DNA of 64,000 bases from Candidatus Omnitrophota bacterium (lineage in GTDB: Bacteria > Omnitrophota > Omnitrophia > Omnitrophales > Aquincolibacteriaceae): assembly GCA_023247035.1 (NCBI GenBank), contig JAHFHG010000002.1, positions 12,090 to 76,089 of the forward strand, given 5' to 3'. Under the pieces are notes generated by a model. It saw only the letters and a program-made list of their open reading frames with translations. It was not told the origin of the DNA and made no database searches. How positions within the stretch are numbered: the stretch's first letter is position 1; the number at the start of each line of letters is the position of its first letter. The position numbers and the translations under genes were made by a program. Positions 57,615 through 64,000 of the stretch are shown here, piece after piece.

Positions 57615-58712
57615 ATGTCCCGTCAGGCGCAGGTTATCTTTATTTCGGTCTACGTTCTTATCGCCCTAGGCATTATCATGACCTATAGCGCCAGCGCTGT
57701 GTATGCGGAGCGGGTCTATTCGAATCCGAATCATTTTTTGACAAGGCAATTGCTTTATGCCGTTTTAGGCACGCTGGTTTTATTTTTTACCGCTTCCGTT
57801 CCGATTGTATTCTGGAAACGCCGCGCGCGCGCCATGATTTTGACCGCCATTTTCCTTCTGATCCTTGTTTATTTGCCCGTCATCGGCCACAGCGCGGGAG
57901 GGGCGCGCCGTTGGATCGGCCTGGGGGTTATCAATTTCCAGCCCGCGGAATTTGCGAAGATCGCGGCGTCTCTTTATCTGGCCGATTATCTTTCCCGGAA
58001 AAAAAACATCATAAAAAAAGGAAGCCTCTCGGTTTTTTTTCCTCCGCTTCTTCTTATCGGGTGCATCTCGTCCTTGACGCTTCTCCAGCCGGATTTGGGG
58101 TCCACGGCATTTATTTTTTTGATCGTCGTCGTCTTATTTTTTCTCGGCGGCATCCGCTTGCGTTATATTCTAGGATCGGTCGCGTTGATGATTCCCGTTT
58201 TCTATTTTCTCGTGGCGCGCGCGCCGTACCGCGTCAGCCGGATCACGGCCTATTTGAATCCGTGGGAAGATCCTCAAGGCAGCGGCTTTCAAATTATTCA
58301 GTCCTTTCTGGCGTTTGGACTAGGCGGCCTGAAGGGCGCGGGGCTCGGCCAGGGAATGCAGAAACTTTTTTATCTTCCCTCGAGCTATAACGATTTTATT
58401 TTTTCAATCCTCGCCGAAGAATTGGGGTTGATCGGTATTTTATTTGTGTTGATTCTCTACGCGGGAATTTTTATCTCCGGTATTCAAATGGCGGAACGCG
58501 CAGCCCAGGATTACGAAAAATTTCTTATCATCGCTTTAGTCTTATCGATTGTCCTTCAGGCGGTCATCCACATGCTTGTGACGATGGGATTAATCCCAAC
58601 GAAAGGCTTGCCGCTGCCTTTTGTGAGTTTCGGGGGAACGGCGCTTATTTTTAATATGATGGCGGTCGGGCTCCTGATGGCCCTGGACAGGCAGATGCGC
58701 GGCCGGGGATAA
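57615..58712 (+). CDS. ftsW: SEDS peptidoglycan glycosyltransferase FtsW
   Basis: GARRWI, QPAEFAK, QPDLG, GFQIIQS, PTKGLPLPFVSFGG; dcw position. Confidence 0.95.
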   Translation: MSRQAQVIFISVYVLIALGIIMTYSASAVYAERVYSNPNHFLTRQLLYAVLGTLVLFFTASVPIVFWKRRARAMILTAIFLLILVYLPVIGHSAGGARRWIGLGVINFQPAEFAKIAASLYLADYLSRKKNIIKKGSLSVFFPPLLLIGCISSLTLLQPDLGSTAFIFLIVVVLFFLGGIRLRYILGSVALMIPVFYFLVARAPYRVSRITAYLNPWEDPQGSGFQIIQSFLAFGLGGLKGAGLGQGMQKLFYLPSSYNDFIFSILAEELGLIGILFVLILYAGIFISGIQMAERAAQDYEKFLIIALVLSIVLQAVIHMLVTMGLIPTKGLPLPFVSFGGTALIFNMMAVGLLMALDRQMRGRG

Positions 58713-58739
58713 AATGAGGAAGCCGCAAAGAAAGAATCC

Positions 58740-59888
58740 GTGCCCGTAACGCAGGAACCTGCCCCGAATCCCCTTACCGCGCTTGTCTTTGCGGGACACT
58801 CGGGGGGGCATCTTTTTCCGGCGCAGGCCTTCGCGGAATGCTTTCGAAAAAGGCGCCGCCGAAGCCGCCTTTATCTTGTCACCGGCCGAAAGGGAAAAAA
58901 TCTAGCGGCCAAAATGCCGCACGGGCTTTTCAACGAAGTCTTTTATTTGGAAGAATTTCCTTTTCCGTCCGGAATTTCCTTGAGATCAATGACCTTTTTG
59001 TTACAATTGCCCAAGGCTTTTTTAGCGTCTGCAAATCTTTTGCTTCGCTTCAAACCGGACGTGTGCGCGGGCTTCGGCAGCTACGTTTCTTTTCCGGGGA
59101 TATTTCTTGCGTCGCTTTTTAGGATTCCAACGCTTATTCACGAGCAAAACTTAATCCCGGGGAAGGCGACCCGGCTTCTTGCTTCGAGGGTCACGAGCGT
59201 TGCCGTAAGTTTTGAAGAAACTTTGAGCGGCAAACTTGACGGCCGCACCGTCACGGGCCTTCCTCTAAGGTCGCCCTTGCGTGAAAGCGCAAAAAAAAGG
59301 CAGCCCGGGAAAAGAGAAAAGTTTTGCGTATTGGTTGTGGGCGGTTCGCAGGGCGCGCAACGACTCAACGGGCTTTTTTTAGAAGCTTTAGAGGGTTTGA
59401 ATTCTGAAGAAAAGAAAAAAATAGCCGTTATTCATATTGCAGGCACAAACGATTACACGCGCGTCGGAGAATCTTACAAAAAAATGGAAATTGAAAGCGA
59501 CGTTTTTCCTTTCCATGAAAAAATGCAGGAATTATACCTACGGGCCGATATGGCCGTGACGCGCGCCGGCGCGAATACGCTTTTTGAGCTTTCTTTGTTC
59601 CGGCTTCCCGCGATTGTGGTTCCTTATCCTTATGCGGAGGCGCACCAGGCCGCCAACGCAGCCTATTTTGAATCCAGGCAGGCGATCGTTTTTAAAAATC
59701 AAGACACTTTGAGCGCTTACGATCTGCGCCGGGAAATCCTGCGCCTTATGAACAGTCCCGAGGATTGTGAAAGGCTTTCGGAAAACATCGCGGAAATTTA
59801 TTCGGCGGAAGCGGAGGAGCGTCTTGTGGACTTGGCCGAAAACTTAATTCCAAAACTGCGGAAGACTTACGCCTATTGTGGATTCTGA
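58740..59888 (+). CDS. murG: Lipid II GlcNAc transferase
   Basis: SGGHLFP, HEQN, GGSQGA, RAGA, HQAANA. Confidence 0.95.
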   Translation: MPVTQEPAPNPLTALVFAGHSGGHLFPAQAFAECFRKRRRRSRLYLVTGRKGKNLAAKMPHGLFNEVFYLEEFPFPSGISLRSMTFLLQLPKAFLASANLLLRFKPDVCAGFGSYVSFPGIFLASLFRIPTLIHEQNLIPGKATRLLASRVTSVAVSFEETLSGKLDGRTVTGLPLRSPLRESAKKRQPGKREKFCVLVVGGSQGAQRLNGLFLEALEGLNSEEKKKIAVIHIAGTNDYTRVGESYKKMEIESDVFPFHEKMQELYLRADMAVTRAGANTLFELSLFRLPAIVVPYPYAEAHQAANAAYFESRQAIVFKNQDTLSAYDLRREILRLMNSPEDCERLSENIAEIYSAEAEERLVDLAENLIPKLRKTYAYCGF

Positions 59889-61272
59889 TTTGATCCGCGA
59901 ATCGCGGCACGCTTATTTCATAGGAATCGGCGGGGTGGGAATGAGCGCCCTTGCGCGCGTGCTCCGGCATCAAGGGCTCAGGGTTTCAGGCTCCGATTCC
60001 AAGGAGACTTATACGACACGCGAACTTCTCAAAAACGGAATTCCCGTCGCCATTGGACAAAAAGAAGTCGGATTCACGGACGCCGATATGATTATTTACT
60101 CTTCCGCTATTCAGCCGGATCATATCGAGCTTCGGGCCGCACGCTCGCTAGGCAGGAAAATTTATCACCGCGCGGAAATTTTGTCCTCCCTTTTAAATCG
60201 CGCAAAGACCTCCATCGCGATCACCGGAACTCACGGTAAAACAACGACCTCGTCCATGATTTCTTTTATCCTGACGGAACTCGGCAAAAATCCTACTTGC
60301 CTCGTGGGCGGAGAGGTCGTCAATTGGGGCACCAATACGGTCTTGGGAAGCTCCGACCTTTGGGTCTCGGAAGTGGATGAAAGCGATAAGACGCACGAAC
60401 TCTACGCGCCCAACTACGCCATTGTCACGAATCTTGAAGAAGACCACATTGATCATTACCACGGACTGGAGGACCTTAAAGATTCTTTCGAGCGTTTTTT
60501 GAGCCACTTAAGGAATCCCGGGCTGGTCGTTTATTCCGAGGATGATCCGGTCCTTAAGGAACTCGTCCTGAAAAGCGGCCGTCCGCAAATAAGTTTCGGG
60601 TTGTCGCCTTCCGCGGATTTTTCCGCGCGGAATATACGGATGACCGATTATGGCTCCGAATTCGACCTTTACGAATACGGTCTTTTCTCGATCCCCATCA
60701 AACTCTCGGTGCCGGGAATGCACAATATTGCGAACGCCCTTGCAGCCCTTTCGGTGTTTGCCCAGCTGGGCCTGGATATGGATTCGATTCCACCTTATTT
60801 TTTCAAATTCCGCGGCGCGCGCCGGCGCCTGGAAATCAAGTGGTCCTCTAAAGACTGCACGGTCATCGATGATTACGCCCATCATCCTACCGAAGTCCGC
60901 GCCTCCATCCGTGCGCTCCGGCGGACGGGGCAGCGCTTGACGGTTGTTTTTCAGCCCCACCGCTTCAGCCGGACAGGCTATTTTTTCAAACAGTTCGGGC
61001 AGGCCTTCGGAGAGGCCGACGAGGTCATTCTTACGGATATTTACGGGGCCGGTGAAAGCAATACGGAACAGATCGACGTCCGCTGGATTTATGACGAAGT
61101 TGTGGCTTCGGGCCATCCCCGCGTGCACATTTTGGAAAAACATAAAATTTTGGAATACCTTTTATTGAATCCCTCCCGCCGGAGCGGAACGATCGCGTTT
61201 CTCGGGGCCGGAGACATCGGAGAACTTGCGGATGAGTTTGCGAACCGATTTAAAGACCTTACTCCGGTCTGA
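59878..61272 (+). CDS. murC: UDP-MurNAc--L-alanine ligase
   Basis: GIGGVGMS, GTHGKTTT, DESD, DDYAHHPTE, QPHRFSR. Confidence 0.96.
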   Translation: MDSDLIRESRHAYFIGIGGVGMSALARVLRHQGLRVSGSDSKETYTTRELLKNGIPVAIGQKEVGFTDADMIIYSSAIQPDHIELRAARSLGRKIYHRAEILSSLLNRAKTSIAITGTHGKTTTSSMISFILTELGKNPTCLVGGEVVNWGTNTVLGSSDLWVSEVDESDKTHELYAPNYAIVTNLEEDHIDHYHGLEDLKDSFERFLSHLRNPGLVVYSEDDPVLKELVLKSGRPQISFGLSPSADFSARNIRMTDYGSEFDLYEYGLFSIPIKLSVPGMHNIANALAALSVFAQLGLDMDSIPPYFFKFRGARRRLEIKWSSKDCTVIDDYAHHPTEVRASIRALRRTGQRLTVVFQPHRFSRTGYFFKQFGQAFGEADEVILTDIYGAGESNTEQIDVRWIYDEVVASGHPRVHILEKHKILEYLLLNPSRRSGTIAFLGAGDIGELADEFANRFKDLTPV

Positions 61273-62170
61273 AGTTAAGCTTTCTAATTATTGCACGATG
61301 CAGGTCGGAGGAACGGCCAGGTATTTTGCCGAACCCTCCCAAGAGGAGGAACTCCTCGATCTGATCGAATTTTCCCGCCACGAGAATATTCCCTTTTTTA
61401 TCTTGGGCAAAGGTTCCAACGTCATTTTTCCGGACGAAGGCTATCCCGGGCTCGTCATCACGCTTATTCATTATGAACTGGATCGTTTCCGTTTTGATGC
61501 GCATCAATGTCTTCTGAACGCTTCCGCCGGCATTCACCTTTACCGGCTGTGCCTTCTGTGCCGGGATCACGGGATGGGAGGCGCGGAATTTTTGGCCAAT
61601 ATTCCGGGCACGCTCGGAGGAGCCCTGTTTATGAATGCGGGATTCAGCCGTTTTCCCGGCCAGAAAAGTGAAATCAGCGATCTCACCGAAGAAGTTACGG
61701 TCCTGGATACGCAGGGTGTGAAAGAAACCCTTCAGCGCTCCCAGCTTCAATTTACTTATCGCCACTCGAATCTGGAGGGAAAAATTGTTCTGGGAGGGAC
61801 GCTTCGATTGTGGCGCCGCCGTCCGGAAGAAATTCAAAAAGAAATTCAGGCGAATTTTGCCTATCGAAATGACAAGCAGGACCTCAAACACCCGAGCTCG
61901 GGATCTATTTTTAAGAATCCCGCAGCGCTGCAGGATCAAACGGATGGATTAAAATTTCGTTCTGCCGGAGAGATCATCGAAGGCTTGGGCGTAAAGGGAA
62001 TGCGGCTTGGCGGGGCGGCCGTTTCTCCCAAGCACGGCAATTATATTATCAATACCGGCGGCGCGAAAAGTTCCGATATTATTCAACTGATCCGTAAAGT
62101 CCAACACATGGTTTTTGATGCTACAGGATTTTTCCTCGAACCCGAGGTTCGCATTATCGAAAAGTCTTAG
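61232..62170 (+). CDS. murB: UDP-N-acetylenolpyruvoylglucosamine reductase
   Basis: GKGSN, IPGTLGGALFMNAG, SGSIFKNP, KHGNY, LEPEV. Confidence 0.95.
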   Translation: MSLRTDLKTLLRSEVKLSNYCTMQVGGTARYFAEPSQEEELLDLIEFSRHENIPFFILGKGSNVIFPDEGYPGLVITLIHYELDRFRFDAHQCLLNASAGIHLYRLCLLCRDHGMGGAEFLANIPGTLGGALFMNAGFSRFPGQKSEISDLTEEVTVLDTQGVKETLQRSQLQFTYRHSNLEGKIVLGGTLRLWRRRPEEIQKEIQANFAYRNDKQDLKHPSSGSIFKNPAALQDQTDGLKFRSAGEIIEGLGVKGMRLGGAAVSPKHGNYIINTGGAKSSDIIQLIRKVQHMVFDATGFFLEPEVRIIEKS

Positions 62171-63116
62171 AATTGGCGTCCTCCTTGGGGGCTCCTCTTC
62201 AGAGCGAAAAATTTCTATCCGTTCCGGCCGCGCCGTCAGCAACGCGCTGCGCCGTATCGGATTTAAAACACTTCCGCTGGACGCGAAGTATTCCAATCGC
62301 TTCAAGACGTGGCGCGATCATATTGATTTGGCGTTCGTGGCGCTTCACGGCCGAGGCGGTGAGGACGGCCAAATTCAAAAAACCCTGGAGCAGTGGAAGG
62401 TGCCTTATATAGGTTCTGACGCGCCGAGCAGCCTGAGGGCCTTTCACAAGGGAATAAGCAAAAAAGTTTTTGCGCAGCAGAAAATCTCCACGCCGCCCTT
62501 TCTTCAGGTCCATGCCTCGAACTGGCGGAAGCAATTGAAGCATTTTCCGGTTCCGTTTGTCGTCAAGCCTTTCTGTGAAGGTTCCAGCATCGGCGTTTTT
62601 ATCGTTGAAGATTTAAAGAAGGAAGACGAAAAAATAAGGCGCGCCTTGAATCTTTACGGCGAGCTTTTAATAGAAAAAAAAATTGAAGGAAGGGAATTTA
62701 CAGTGGGCATCTTAGGCCCTAGCGCTCTCCCCGTCGTCGAGCTTAAGACGAAACGTTCTTTTTACGATTACCGCGCAAAATACACCCGGGGAATGACGGA
62801 ATACGAAGCGCCGGCCCTCATTGCCGATTCCTTAAAAAGACGGCTCCAAAACCTGGCTTTAAAAGTTCACAAAAGCCTCGGCTTACGCGACTTCTCCAGG
62901 GTGGATATGATGGTCGACGAGAAAGGAAATCCGTATGTGCTTGAGGCCAATTCCATTCCCGGATTCACGGAACTGAGCCTTCTGCCTAAAGCGGCCCAGG
63001 CCGCCGGATTTTCTTTTGAGGAGCTTTGTTACACGTTGGTCCGGCTGGGGTATGAAAGGAACAAACAGTTGAAGCAAACTCTAAAAGGACGGTCCCATGG
63101 CAAAAAAGAGGCGTAA
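62118..63116 (+). CDS. ddl: D-alanine--D-alanine ligase
   Basis: GGSSSER, LHGRGGEDG, GSSIG, FYDYRAKY, EANSIPG; start uncertain because it overlaps murB. Confidence 0.93.
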   Translation: MLQDFSSNPRFALSKSLRIGVLLGGSSSERKISIRSGRAVSNALRRIGFKTLPLDAKYSNRFKTWRDHIDLAFVALHGRGGEDGQIQKTLEQWKVPYIGSDAPSSLRAFHKGISKKVFAQQKISTPPFLQVHASNWRKQLKHFPVPFVVKPFCEGSSIGVFIVEDLKKEDEKIRRALNLYGELLIEKKIEGREFTVGILGPSALPVVELKTKRSFYDYRAKYTRGMTEYEAPALIADSLKRRLQNLALKVHKSLGLRDFSRVDMMVDEKGNPYVLEANSIPGFTELSLLPKAAQAAGFSFEELCYTLVRLGYERNKQLKQTLKGRSHGKKEA

Positions 63117-63924
63117 GAAAAGCGGCAAGGGGCCGGGCATTGGGACGGCGCTGGCCGCAGGAGTTAAACTTTCGGCCCAATTCGTCGTCAAGGCCTTTCC
63201 CTTTTTTCTCCTTCTGGTTGCGGCCGCGGCCCTTGGGTTCGGCATTCGAAGCGCTTTATATGCCGATTCGTATTTAAGCATTCAGAAGATTGCCGTGAAA
63301 CCGCCGGAGGCGCTTGCTGTAAAACATTTGGAGCGGCTCAAGGAAAGGCTTCTGGGGAAGAACATTTTGGCGCTGGACATTCAGAGCGTCGCTGAAGAAC
63401 TGGAGCGGGATCCGGAAATCCGCACAGCCCGCGTTCATAAATTGCTGCCCTTTGAACTGGAGATTGAGATTGAAAAGCGCGCTCCTTTTGCTTTTCTCCG
63501 GCTTCCGGGCAAGGGCGCCTACGGGATCATTTCTGAAGACGGCATGATTCTGGATACTGTCCCGGAGCGCAATGTTTCGGGCCTTATCGTGGAAGCCTCA
63601 GACCTCGGCGTTGGAAATCCTTCTGCTGGAAAAAAAGTTGAGATCCGCGGATTGGAAGACGCGGTGAAATTTTCCGGAGAATTCCAAAATCATATCCTGG
63701 CCCGGTATGAAACGCTTACAAAAATAGATTTGGATCACTTGGGGAATGCGACGATCACCTTAGGCCGCGGGCCGGCGGTCCGGCTGGGCCGGCGTCCTAC
63801 GGAAAAGCTGGCCGCGCTGGAGCAGGTTTTGCCTCTCATCGAAGGACAAGGCCGCGAAAAAATTGATTACATTGACTTGGAGTTTGAAAATGTCATCATC
63901 AAACATAAACGGGGAGTGAAATGA
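63097..63924 (+). CDS. ftsQ: Cell division protein FtsQ/DivIB
   Basis: Single TM, POTRA-like region, YIDL at the C-terminus; follows ddl. Confidence 0.85.
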   Translation: MAKKRRKKSGKGPGIGTALAAGVKLSAQFVVKAFPFFLLLVAAAALGFGIRSALYADSYLSIQKIAVKPPEALAVKHLERLKERLLGKNILALDIQSVAEELERDPEIRTARVHKLLPFELEIEIEKRAPFAFLRLPGKGAYGIISEDGMILDTVPERNVSGLIVEASDLGVGNPSAGKKVEIRGLEDAVKFSGEFQNHILARYETLTKIDLDHLGNATITLGRGPAVRLGRRPTEKLAALEQVLPLIEGQGREKIDYIDLEFENVIIKHKRGVK

Positions 63925-64000
63925 CTTTTGAAATCAAACCGGGGAAAGTAACGGTCTACATCGGGAGCCATAAACTGGTCGCTCTGGAAGGAAACGCAGA
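63921..64000 (+). CDS. Probable FtsA N-terminus (truncated by the window)
   Basis: ATGA overlap with ftsQ; VYIGSHKLVAL resembles FtsA xDIGxxKxxA; only 26 codons visible. Confidence 0.45.
   Translation, partial: MTFEIKPGKVTVYIGSHKLVALEGNA

Noticed and set aside
1-64000. CRISPR arrays, rRNA, intact tRNAs, prophage genes
   Set aside because: No regularly spaced repeats, cas genes, rRNA-like stretches, full cloverleafs or phage structural genes seen.

Overview
This 64 kb window is gene-dense bacterial chromosome of moderate GC, with almost every gene on the + strand. Gene content and the style of the giant protein suggest a PVC-type candidate phylum such as Omnitrophota; this is inference and was not tested. 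Housekeeping blocks: surface-glycan/LPS genes, udg-priA-def-fmt (1-11 kb), two-component genes, DsbD, riboflavin synthase, a three-gene corrinoid set (cbiA/cobB, cobQ, cbiX), YyaL-ThiO-FieF-OmpR/HK, PTS-IIA/YvcK, HIT-dGTPase, and a dcw cluster (murE-murF-mraY-murD-ftsW-murG-murC-murB-ddl-ftsQ-ftsA'). The accessory core (26.5-36.2 kb) holds three things. (1) A decayed IS110-family element. (2) A compact RiPP-like cluster: a 64-aa Ser/Thr/Cys-rich precursor with a YxxPxV leader, an HPr-kinase-like protein, a radical SAM/SPASM enzyme and a degenerate S24/S26 peptidase. (3) A ~2060-aa signal-peptide-bearing modular protein. It has a TraB/Tiki-like N-terminal domain and a separate C-terminal domain. 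These bracket AT-rich cytoplasmic-type cargo (HTH, sigma-70 regions 2+4, SAM methyltransferase) between RSELR and RSEVR motifs, making it a candidate self-processing polymorphic effector polyprotein. Also seen: a MITE family with 6-bp target duplications, a palindromic repeat inserted in-frame in the giant gene, a tRNA-Gly 3' fragment (att scar), several pseudo-signalling proteins and a divergent PEPCK-like enzyme. No rRNA, intact tRNA or CRISPR array was found.
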